Assembly: GCA_044432805.1 (NCBI GenBank)
Contig: JAWXUI010000003.1
Location: forward strand, 40,013 to 104,012
Direction of reading: 5' to 3'
DNA: 64,000 nt
From: Mycoplasmatota bacterium
Lineage (GTDB): Bacteria; Bacillota_I; Bacilli_A; RF39; UBA660
The position numbers were made by a program, and so were the translations under genes. Shown piece by piece: positions 30,990-39,352 of the stretch (position 1 is the first letter of the stretch; every line of letters starts with the position of its first letter). A model generated the notes under the pieces. It was given only the letters and a program-made list of their open reading frames with translations. It searched no databases and was not told where the DNA came from.

Positions 30990-31975
30990 ATAATAAAATC
31001 ATGTAAGGTTTCACGTGAAACTTTACAAAAGAATTAGGGAAGATTATTTTAATAAAATTATTAATCAACGACTACAGATACAAAAAACAGTGTAAAATAG
31101 ACATTAATTACCAAAAAACACACTATTTTTAATCAAAACCAATAAAACATAAATAAATTCAATATAAATCAATAAAAAATTTTACGATAAATATTTTTGA
31201 AGAATTAATCAAGGATGTTTTGACTAGAACAACAATTAATGAATATTAATACAAAAACAGTTGGTAATTGTTATAAATAACTTTGTTTCTAACTAAATTT
31301 GATAAAAAAATGAGAATGTCGACAATGAAATTATGCAAAGTTTCACGTGAAACATTCTAAAAAAATTAGATGAACTTGTTTTAATTGAAACAAAATTCAA
31401 TAAATATCGAGAAAAAACAAAGAAAAACAGATGGTAATTGTTATAATTAGTTTATATTTGACTTAAATTAACAAAAAAATAAGTTGTTTGGATACAACTT
31501 ATTTTAATTTTTGTCATTAAACGCAACGTAAAAATAATGAACTTTTAAAAACAATAATATTTATTAAAGTTTTTTTATTTTTTATAAAAAAGAACCTGCT
31601 GACAACAAAATTATGCAAAGTTTCACGTGGAACATTCTAAAAAATTAATTGAACTTATTTTGATTAAAATAAAAAATAATGAGTATTGAAACAAAAAACA
31701 ATAAAAAACAGATGATAATTGTCTTATTATTAACTTAAATTGACGAAAAAACAAAATAATAAGCAAAAAAATAAATTATTTGAATATAACGGTTTTGATT
31801 TTATTATTAAGTACGATGGAAATACAAAGAACTTTTAAATAACAATAATCTTTGGTGCCTTTTTTTAAAATTTTTGATAAAAAAATCCTGTTAAAAATAA
31901 AATTATGCAAAGTTTCGCGTAAAACGTTCAAAAAATCAATAAAAATAGACAATAATTATTATGAATTTATCTTTT
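30990..31975. repeat. Diverged tandem repeats (3-4 units of ~280-330 bp), each containing a 14-bp palindrome GTTTCACGTGAAAC or a near variant.
   Basis: Palindrome copies lie at 31008, 31340, 31620 (GTTTCACGTGGAAC) and 31913 (GTTTCGCGTAAAAC). The flanks are conserved: AAATTATGCAAAGTTTCACGTGAAACATTCTAAAAAA. Secondary conserved blocks also recur: AAAAACAGATGGTAATTGTTATAAT, GAACTTTTAAAAACAATAAT and TTGACTTAAATTAAC. There is no ORF of at least 60 aa. Confidence 0.6.
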
Positions 31976-32111
31976 TTTAACTAAAATTAATATATTTTTT
32001 GAAATAATGATTAAAAAACGCAAAAATCAAATTTAAATTAAACTTGAATTTATTCCCACTATTATATTTAAAAAGTAATACTTGCAAAAAAATGATAATT
32101 AAGGTATATTT

Positions 32112-32190
32112 ATTATGCGCAACATTAATGTTTGAACCAGGTCAGAATTGAAAAATAGCAGCCTTAAAAACCTCTTGGTGTGTGTGCTTT
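32112..32190 (+). ncRNA. ffs: Putative small (4.5S-type) signal recognition particle RNA.
   Basis: CCAGGTCAGAATTGAAAAATAGCAGCC matches the conserved SRP RNA domain IV, which is GGUCAG on one side of the apical stem, a GNRA tetraloop, and AGCAGCC on the other side. TTGCAA-N17-TATATT lies upstream at 32083-32111. The 3' end has a GU-rich partner strand and a T-run. Bacillus places scr in the same tadA-dnaX neighbourhood. Confidence 0.5.
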
Positions 32191-32208
32191 TTTTATTGAG
32201 GTGAAAAA

Positions 32209-32625
32209 ATGTGTGAAAAATATATGAAAATAGCATTAAAAGAAGCAAAAAAAGCATACAAAAATAAAGAAATACCAATTGGTGCTGTAATTATAAAGGA
32301 TAATAAAGTTATTTCTAAAGCACATAATTTAAAAAACAGTAAAAATATAGTAACAAAACACGCTGAAATTATAGCTATAGAAAAAGCTTGTAAAAAATTA
32401 AAATCATGGAGATTAATAGATTGTGAATTGTATGTTACTCTGGAACCGTGTATGATGTGTACAGGTGCTATTCATCAATCAAAAATAAAAAAAGTTTATT
32501 ATTCTCTGGATTCGGAAAAATTTGGATTTTTAAAAAAATTTGGCAAGGTTCCTTATGAAAAAGGAATATTAGAAGAAGAATCATTAAAATTGTTGAATTC
32601 ATTTTTTTTGAAGAAAAGAATTTAA
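32209..32625 (+). CDS. tadA: tRNA-specific adenosine deaminase TadA.
   Basis: It carries the HAEIIAI and PCMMC zinc motifs of the CDA fold, with a GAGGTG RBS. Confidence 0.9.
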   Translation: MCEKYMKIALKEAKKAYKNKEIPIGAVIIKDNKVISKAHNLKNSKNIVTKHAEIIAIEKACKKLKSWRLIDCELYVTLEPCMMCTGAIHQSKIKKVYYSLDSEKFGFLKKFGKVPYEKGILEEESLKLLNSFFLKKRI

Positions 32626-32709
32626 TGATTTTTTTTGTGTAAAAAAACAAAAGTAACCTTATTTATAAAGGTATAATCGTGGTATAATATAAATAGTGAG
32701 GTGATCTGT

Positions 32710-34353
32710 TTGTATCAAGCTTTATATAGAAAATATAGACCGTCAACATTCGACGAAGTTGTAGGACAACAAGTGATAGTTAAAATTTTAACCAATGCTA
32801 TAAAAAACAATAGAGTTTCACATGCATATTTGTTTACAGGACCTCGCGGGACAGGAAAAACAAGCATCGCTAAAATATTTGCGAAAACAATCAATTGTGA
32901 AAAACTAAATGGAGTTAACCCTTGTAATGAATGCTTGAGTTGCATAGAAATAAGTAAAAAGCAAAATAACGATATAATTGAAATAGATGCAGCATCAAAC
33001 AATGGTGTTGATGAAATCAGAGAATTAAAAAACAAAATATCATTAACCCCAACAATTAGCAAATATAAAATCTATATAATTGATGAAGTTCATATGTTAA
33101 GTACAGGAGCATTTAATGCGTTGTTAAAAACTTTGGAAGAACCACCGAAACATGTAATATTTATTTTGGCAACAACGGAGCCACATAAAATACCGTTGAC
33201 TATTCTTTCAAGGTGTCAGCGATTTGACTTTAAAAAAATAGATGAAGAGAGTCTTATTCAAAGATTAACGCTAGTTGCAAAAGAAGAAAGTTTAAATATT
33301 TCGATTGAAGCAATAAAAGAAATAGCTAAAATATGTGACGGTGGAATGAGAGATTCTCTTAGTTTATTAGATAAAGCGAGTTCTTATTGTGATGAAAAAA
33401 TCGAAGTAAGAGATATTCACGAAATCAATGGAACAATAACAGAAAACGAAATAATAGAATTTATGACAAAAATATTTAAGAATGATAAATTATCAATTTT
33501 TGAAAAAATAGATCAATATGATGCTACTGGCAAAGATTTCGTAAAAATAGTTGAAGAAATAGTTGAATATTTAAAAAATATACTATTATATATAGAAATA
33601 CCTGATTTTTATAATAGTGTAAAAAATACACAAATATATAATGAGTTAATAAAAAATAGTAATCAAACAGAGTTATTATTTATAATAGAAAGCTTTTTAA
33701 ATTCAATTAACTTAATAAAGAATTCAGACAATCCAAAACTTCAATTAGAATTAGAAATAATAAAAATGTTGGCTATAAAATCTCATTGTCAGAAGAAACA
33801 AAGTGGCGTAGAAAAAGTTGGAGTAATAGAAGAACAAATTAAACCAATCAAGAAAGTTGATTATGTTCCAGAAACAAAACAAATTAATCTGGATTTAAAG
33901 AACAAACTAGAAAAAATAAAATCGTTACGTATTAATAATGCACTTTCGGAATTTAGCAAAAATGAAACTATAAATGTAAGTAAACATTTAGAAGAACTAA
34001 CTTCATATATATTAAATAAGGAATTTTCTTATGAAGTTGGGATCATATTGGATTCAATGCTAAAAGCTGCCAGTGCTAAATATTTGGTGTTCATATGTAA
34101 AACAGAAGAAGAATCAGATGATTTTAATGAGAATTTATTAAAAATAGAAAAAATAATAGAAATTATATTAAAAAAACAATATAAAGTTATATCCACTTAT
34201 GAAAATGATTGGGAAATTATAAAGAATCAATTCAATAAAAAAGAAATTATTTATTCTTATAAAGAAGATAATCAGGAAATTGTCGATATTATAAAAGGTA
34301 AAGAAGAAAACGAAATTAATAAATATTTTTCGGAAATAATAGAATTTGAATAG
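32710..34353 (+). CDS. dnaX: DNA polymerase III subunits gamma/tau.
   Basis: It reads YQALYRKYRPSTFDEVVGQ and has GPRGTGKTS. The probable TTG start is at 32710, 5 nt after a GTGAGGTGA RBS. The track GTG start at 32701 lies inside the RBS. Confidence 0.88.
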   Translation: MYQALYRKYRPSTFDEVVGQQVIVKILTNAIKNNRVSHAYLFTGPRGTGKTSIAKIFAKTINCEKLNGVNPCNECLSCIEISKKQNNDIIEIDAASNNGVDEIRELKNKISLTPTISKYKIYIIDEVHMLSTGAFNALLKTLEEPPKHVIFILATTEPHKIPLTILSRCQRFDFKKIDEESLIQRLTLVAKEESLNISIEAIKEIAKICDGGMRDSLSLLDKASSYCDEKIEVRDIHEINGTITENEIIEFMTKIFKNDKLSIFEKIDQYDATGKDFVKIVEEIVEYLKNILLYIEIPDFYNSVKNTQIYNELIKNSNQTELLFIIESFLNSINLIKNSDNPKLQLELEIIKMLAIKSHCQKKQSGVEKVGVIEEQIKPIKKVDYVPETKQINLDLKNKLEKIKSLRINNALSEFSKNETINVSKHLEELTSYILNKEFSYEVGIILDSMLKAASAKYLVFICKTEEESDDFNENLLKIEKIIEIILKKQYKVISTYENDWEIIKNQFNKKEIIYSYKEDNQEIVDIIKGKEENEINKYFSEIIEFE

Positions 34354-34368
34354 AGAGAAGGAAATAAA

Positions 34369-34665
34369 ATGAATATACAAGCTATGATGAAACAGGCACA
34401 GAAAATGCAAAAAGATATGATGAGTGCAAAGGAAGAAATAAATAAAACTGTTTTTAAAGAACAAACTTCTTTTTTAACTTTAGAAGCTACAGGAGACAGA
34501 AAAGTAACAAGTGTAAAAATAGACACTGATTCCTTAGAAAAAGATGATTTAGAAATGTTAGAAGATATGATTTTAGTAACAGTAAATAAGTTAATGGATA
34601 GTATAGAAAAAGAAACAGAAAAAAAATTAGGTAAATATACACAAGGAATGCCAGGTCTTTTCTAA
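34369..34665 (+). CDS. ybaB: Nucleoid-associated protein YbaB/EbfC.
   Basis: It starts MNIQAMMKQAQKMQKDM and sits between dnaX and recR. Confidence 0.9.
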   Translation: MNIQAMMKQAQKMQKDMMSAKEEINKTVFKEQTSFLTLEATGDRKVTSVKIDTDSLEKDDLEMLEDMILVTVNKLMDSIEKETEKKLGKYTQGMPGLF

Positions 34666-35267
34666 TGAGTTATCCAAAGTCGATAATTAATCTAATTGAG
34701 TGTTACAAAAAATTACCCGGGGTTGGAGAAAAAACAGCCGAAAGATTAGCTATAGCCACAATGGATTTTGATGATAATTTGATAAATTTATATTTAGAAT
34801 CAATAAAAGATGTAAAAACAAAAATTGTCAGATGTGAAAAATGTAATCATTTAAGTGAATCAAATATTTGTTCTATTTGTGGTGATAATACAAGAGATAA
34901 TAGAATCATATGTGTCGTCGAAGAGCCTAAAAATGTCATAATGTTTGAAAAATTAGGGTCATATAGAGGCTTATATCATGTCCTAGATGGATTGATATCT
35001 CCAATGGATGGAGTGAATCCAGATGATTTGAAAATTAATTTATTGTTGGAAAGAATAGAAAAAGAAAACATTGAAGAATTAATATTAGCTCTAAAACCAA
35101 GTATAGAAGGAGAAACAACCTCTTTATATATACAAAAAATATCAGAAAAACAAAATATAAAAATTTCAAAAATAGCGCATGGTATTCCGATCGGAGCAGA
35201 TATGGAATATGTCGACCCATTAACTTTAGAAATGGCGCTAGAACAAAGAAAAAATTTAAAAGAATAA
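34665..35267 (+). CDS. recR: Recombination protein RecR.
   Basis: It has the HhH motif LPGVGEKTAERLA, a C4 zinc finger and a Toprim domain. Confidence 0.95.
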   Translation: MSYPKSIINLIECYKKLPGVGEKTAERLAIATMDFDDNLINLYLESIKDVKTKIVRCEKCNHLSESNICSICGDNTRDNRIICVVEEPKNVIMFEKLGSYRGLYHVLDGLISPMDGVNPDDLKINLLLERIEKENIEELILALKPSIEGETTSLYIQKISEKQNIKISKIAHGIPIGADMEYVDPLTLEMALEQRKNLKE

Positions 35268-35303
35268 ATAATACAAGCAAACATAATATTTAATGGTGAA
35301 AAC

Positions 35304-35492
35304 ATGATAAAAAAAACAGTTAAAATAATTGAAAAGCTAATTATGAGTTTAATAATTTTATATACTTATAATTTGTTAGCTACTCCAATAAATTTAATTA
35401 TACCAATAAATATAATGTCAATAACAATAATAATGATATGTGGAACAAAGTCATTATTTTCTTTAATAACGATTTTATTACTAGTATATTGA
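35304..35492 (+). CDS. Small hydrophobic (two-TM) hypothetical protein.
   Basis: 62 aa and almost entirely hydrophobic, with a GGTGA RBS 6 nt upstream. It occupies the post-recR position where Bacillus has the small membrane proteins yaaL and bofA. Confidence 0.3.
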   Translation: MIKKTVKIIEKLIMSLIILYTYNLLATPINLIIPINIMSITIIMICGTKSLFSLITILLLVY

Positions 35493-35500
35493 GGTGATTT

Positions 35501-36388
35501 ATGGAAAAATATAAGCAAACACAAAGGACAGCATACAGAATAATAAAGAACACAATAAAAAGCAATAAAATAGGACATGCATATCTGATAGAAAAAAACG
35601 GATTTAAAGAAATAGATGATTTTGTTAAATCGTTTATTATAAGTATAATTCAAGAAGAAAATACGGATCAAAAAAAAATAATAAATTCTATTTTAAAAGA
35701 TGAAAGTCCGGATATATATATTGTTGAAACAGAAGGAAAAAATATAAAAAAAGAACAAATAATCGATTTGCAAATAGAATTTAAAAAAACTCCTTCTCAA
35801 ATAAAATATAAATTTTATGTTATAAAAGACGTTTCCAAATTAAATGACTCATCAGCCAATAGTTTGTTAAAATTTTTAGAAGAACCAGAAGAAAATATAA
35901 TAGCAATATTGTTAATAGATGATATATATAAATGTTTAAAAACAATAACATCAAGATGTCAAATAATTTCATTAAAACAAGAAACCGATAATTTAGATGC
36001 AAAAAAAATATTAAATATAAAAGAAGAAGATTATGAACAAAAAATGAATTGCGTATTGAATTTCATAAATTTTAATGAAGAATATAAAATGAATTCGATA
36101 TGTAAGACATCTGAAATTTTAACTGAATTCAAAGATAATATTAACTTGTTTTTGAATATTATAGAACTTTTTTACAAAGAAATATTTAATCTACAAATAA
36201 GAAATAAAATAGATTATTTAGAAGATTACGAAAATTCAATAAAAAAACTATCAGAAAAAATACCAAATGAAAAAGTAATTCATAAATTATATATAATTTA
36301 TGAAGCAAAAACAAAAATTAAATTTAATGCAAATAGTAATCTTTTGTTAGATAAAATGATAATAGATTTTGAAGGGGGTGCGAAATGA
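35501..36388 (+). CDS. holB: DNA polymerase III delta-prime subunit.
   Basis: It has the HAYLI motif and a truncated AAA+ fold. It is followed by ricT, as in Bacillus. Confidence 0.8.
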   Translation: MEKYKQTQRTAYRIIKNTIKSNKIGHAYLIEKNGFKEIDDFVKSFIISIIQEENTDQKKIINSILKDESPDIYIVETEGKNIKKEQIIDLQIEFKKTPSQIKYKFYVIKDVSKLNDSSANSLLKFLEEPEENIIAILLIDDIYKCLKTITSRCQIISLKQETDNLDAKKILNIKEEDYEQKMNCVLNFINFNEEYKMNSICKTSEILTEFKDNINLFLNIIELFYKEIFNLQIRNKIDYLEDYENSIKKLSEKIPNEKVIHKLYIIYEAKTKIKFNANSNLLLDKMIIDFEGGAK

Positions 36389-37161
36389 AGATAATATCTT
36401 TACAATTCAAAGAAAATGGGAAAACATATTATTTTGATCCGGGAAAATTGAATATAAAAAAGAACTTAACTGTAATAGTAAAAACTAATAATGGCTTACA
36501 ATTTGCAAAATCAACAACCAATATCTTTGAAATAGAAGACAATAAAATAAAACAAGAAATAAAACCAGTACTAAGAATTGCAACTAAAGCAGATTATCAA
36601 AAACACTTAAAAAATATAGATGATGCAAACGAAGCATTAATTGTTTGTAAAACATTAATAGAAGAATTAAAATTAAAAATGAATGTTTTAGAAGCAACAT
36701 ATACTTTTGATAGAGATCAGTTAGTATTTAAATTTGTTTCTGAAAATAGAGTAGACTTTAGAGAATTAGCAAAAAAATTAGCTGGAATTTATAGAGTTAG
36801 AATAGAATTAAGACAAGTAGGAATAAGAGACAAAGCACGAGAAGTTGGTGGACATGGGATTTGTGGTAGACAATTATGTTGTGCATCATTTTTGAATGAA
36901 TTTGAATCAGTAACAATAAATATGGCAAAGAATCAAAATATTGCGCTTAACCCAACAAAAATAAACGGTGTTTGTGGTAGATTAATGTGCTGTTTAAAAT
37001 ATGAAAATGATAATTATGTAAGCAATAAAAAGCAATTACCAAAAATTGGACAAACTATAGAGTTGGAAGAAGGAAAAGGAATTGTTAGGGAAGTAAATGT
37101 TTTGCAAAGTAAAATTAAAGTGCAATTAGGAAATAAAACTATTATAGAAAAGAAAATATAA
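36385..37161 (+). CDS. ricT: PSP1-domain protein RicT (YaaT).
   Basis: It carries the Cys-rich motif GHGICGRQLCC…CGRLMCC. Confidence 0.85.
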   Translation: MKIISLQFKENGKTYYFDPGKLNIKKNLTVIVKTNNGLQFAKSTTNIFEIEDNKIKQEIKPVLRIATKADYQKHLKNIDDANEALIVCKTLIEELKLKMNVLEATYTFDRDQLVFKFVSENRVDFRELAKKLAGIYRVRIELRQVGIRDKAREVGGHGICGRQLCCASFLNEFESVTINMAKNQNIALNPTKINGVCGRLMCCLKYENDNYVSNKKQLPKIGQTIELEEGKGIVREVNVLQSKIKVQLGNKTIIEKKI

Positions 37162-37163
37162 AG

Positions 37164-37883
37164 ATGGAAGTTAAAAATTATTTGCTTGGTTATAAAAATT
37201 TATATATAATGCAAAATACAGAAATGTTTAATTTTTCTATCGATTCAGTTCTATTACCTAATTTTGCTACAATAACAAAAAAAACAAAAAAAATTTTAGA
37301 TATAGGTACAGGAAATGCACCTATACCAATCATACTTTCTACTAAAACTAAAGCAAAAATAACCGCCATAGAAATACAAAGAGATGTTTATAAATTAGCA
37401 AAAAAATCTCTAGAACTTAACAAATTAGAAGAAAAAATAGAATTATTAAATGAGGATATAATTGATTATGCAAAAGAATGTCCGACAGATACATTCGATT
37501 TAATAACGTGTAATCCTCCGTTTTTTAAATTAAATTCTGCTAGCAAATTAAATGATAATGATTATAAAACAATTGCTCGTCATGAAATAAAATTAAATAT
37601 CTTTCAAGTATGCGAAATAGCAAAAAAATTATTAAAAAATAACGGTTATTTAGCTATAGTTCATAGGAGCGATAGAATGATGGATATAGTAACGGCAATG
37701 AGAAGTAATAATATTGAACCTAAAACTATACAGTTTGTTTATCCAAAAAACACTGAAAATTCTAATGCTATTTTAATTGAAGGAATAAAGAATGCAAAAC
37801 CAGGGCTAAAAATAAAACCACCATTAGTAGTGCATAACGATAATGGTAAATATACAAAAGAAATAGAAAGTTATTTTAAATGA
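37164..37883 (+). CDS. tRNA1(Val) (adenine37-N6)-methyltransferase (YabB/TrmN6-like).
   Basis: It has the DIGTGNAPIPI SAM motif and the NPPF motif. The N-terminus aligns with B. subtilis YabB. Confidence 0.75.
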   Translation: MEVKNYLLGYKNLYIMQNTEMFNFSIDSVLLPNFATITKKTKKILDIGTGNAPIPIILSTKTKAKITAIEIQRDVYKLAKKSLELNKLEEKIELLNEDIIDYAKECPTDTFDLITCNPPFFKLNSASKLNDNDYKTIARHEIKLNIFQVCEIAKKLLKNNGYLAIVHRSDRMMDIVTAMRSNNIEPKTIQFVYPKNTENSNAILIEGIKNAKPGLKIKPPLVVHNDNGKYTKEIESYFK

Positions 37884-37890
37884 GGTAAAT

Positions 37891-38724
37891 ATGTCGCAAA
37901 AAAGTTATGATAATACACCAACGTTATATTTAATACCAACACCAATTGGTAATATGCAAGATATAACATTGAGAGCTATAGAAACATTTAAATTCGTTGA
38001 TGTAGTGTTCACAGAAGATACAAGAGATACAGGATTGCTATTGAACCAACTTGAAATAAAAAAGAAAATGGTTCCTAGTCATAAATTTAATGAAGAAATC
38101 AGTAAAAATAAAATGCTAGAATATCTAAAAAACGGACAAAATGTAGGATTAGCTAGTGATAGAGGAACACCAGCGATAAGTGACCCTGGATATATTTTAG
38201 TAAAACATGCAATTGATAATGGATTTAATGTTGTATCATTACCGGGTGCAACAGCGCTTATTCCAGCGTTGATTATGTCAGGAATAAATCCACAACCATT
38301 TCTATTTTACGGGTTTCTTAACAATAAGGAAGGTAAAAAAACAGAAGAACTTCTTGAATTAAAAAATAATAAATCAACACTTATTTTTTACGAATCACCA
38401 CATAGAATAGAAAAAACTCTTGAAATTATGCAAAAAAGTTTAGGAAATAGAAACATAAGTATTTCCCGGGAAATATCAAAAAAATACGAAGAAGTTTATA
38501 GAGGCACAATAAACCTTGTCAAACAAGAAGTAGAAAATGTTAAGGGTGAGTTAGTAATAGTCGTTGAAGGAAATTTAGAAAAACAAAATTTTGATAATAT
38601 AACCGTAATTGAGCACGTTAATTTGTTCATAAAAGAAGGAAAAACAAAAAATGATGCTATAAAATTAGTTGCAAAAGAAAGAAATGTTCCAAAAAGTGAA
38701 ATTTACAACCAATATATTAAATAA
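37891..38724 (+). CDS. rsmI: 16S rRNA 2'-O-ribose C1402 methyltransferase RsmI.
   Basis: It starts TLYLIPTPIGNMQDITLRA and has a tetrapyrrole-methylase fold. Confidence 0.9.
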   Translation: MSQKSYDNTPTLYLIPTPIGNMQDITLRAIETFKFVDVVFTEDTRDTGLLLNQLEIKKKMVPSHKFNEEISKNKMLEYLKNGQNVGLASDRGTPAISDPGYILVKHAIDNGFNVVSLPGATALIPALIMSGINPQPFLFYGFLNNKEGKKTEELLELKNNKSTLIFYESPHRIEKTLEIMQKSLGNRNISISREISKKYEEVYRGTINLVKQEVENVKGELVIVVEGNLEKQNFDNITVIEHVNLFIKEGKTKNDAIKLVAKERNVPKSEIYNQYIK

Positions 38725-38733
38725 AAATAAAGA

Positions 38734-38759
38734 AAAAATATTTCCCGGGAAATATTTTT
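38734..38759 (+). terminator. A 26-bp perfect palindrome between rsmI and pth, possibly a terminator or attenuator.
   Basis: The sequence is AAAAATATTTCCCGGGAAATATTTTT. It shares its core with the gyrA terminator. Confidence 0.5.
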
Positions 38760-38778
38760 GTTGTAAGGAGACGATAAA

Positions 38779-39339
38779 ATGAAATTAATTGTAGGATTGG
38801 GAAATCCGGGAAATGAATATAATAGAACGAGACACAACGTAGGATTCGAAATTTTAGATAATTATGCAAAAAAACATAATTTCGAAATAAAAAAAGAAAA
38901 ATTTAACGGATTATATGAAAATATAGAAATAAATCATGAAAAAATTATATTTTTAAAACCACAAAGTTTTATGAACTTATCAGGAACTGTAGTGAAAAAA
39001 TATTTAGACTACTTCAAAATAGGAAATGAAGACCTTTTAGTTATTCACGATGATTTAGATATTTCTTTGGGAAATATTAAATTAAAGGAAAAAGGAAGAT
39101 GTGCTGGACATAATGGCTTAAGAAATATAGAACAATGTATAAATTCACAAGAATTTAAAAGAATAAAAATAGGTATCTCTAGAAATGATAATATAAAATC
39201 GCATGTTTTAGGTAAATTTTCGGTGGATGAGCAAAAAAAAATAGATAATATTGTTCCAAAGTTATTTGAAATTATAGATTTATTTAATATTGAAAAATTT
39301 GACAATATTATGAATAAATATAATATAAAGAACAATTAG
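38779..39339 (+). CDS. pth: Peptidyl-tRNA hydrolase.
   Basis: It starts MKLIVGLGNPG…RHNVGF. Confidence 0.95.
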   Translation: MKLIVGLGNPGNEYNRTRHNVGFEILDNYAKKHNFEIKKEKFNGLYENIEINHEKIIFLKPQSFMNLSGTVVKKYLDYFKIGNEDLLVIHDDLDISLGNIKLKEKGRCAGHNGLRNIEQCINSQEFKRIKIGISRNDNIKSHVLGKFSVDEQKKIDNIVPKLFEIIDLFNIEKFDNIMNKYNIKNN

Positions 39340-39352
39340 AAAGAAAAAAGTT

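Noticed and set aside
31318-31935. Plus-strand mini-ORFs in the repeat core, namely atgcaaagtttcacgTGA (MQSFT) and variants.
   Set aside because: They are only 5 to 16 codons, and they have no Shine-Dalgarno. The stop position varies (TGA, TGG read-through, TAA) between units. This is more likely an operator or palindrome than a leader peptide.
30860-32080. The possibility that the repeat island is a CRISPR array.
   Set aside because: The repeats are ~290 bp, diverged, and contiguous without unique spacers. No cas genes lie nearby. This is not CRISPR architecture.
30804-32208. The expectation of an rRNA operon or tRNA genes after gyrA, as at rrnO in Bacillus.
   Set aside because: No 16S, 23S or 5S signature sequences are present. 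For example, there is no …GATCCTGGCTCAG… and no GTTCGA T-loop or cloverleaf candidates. The region is repeat DNA instead.
38459-38476. The intragenic copy of TATTTCCCGGGAAATA, read as evidence of a mobile element disrupting rsmI.
   Set aside because: The rsmI reading frame is intact and full length, at 277 aa. The copy is in frame and encodes plausible residues (ISREIS). It is retained only as part of the repeated-palindrome observation.
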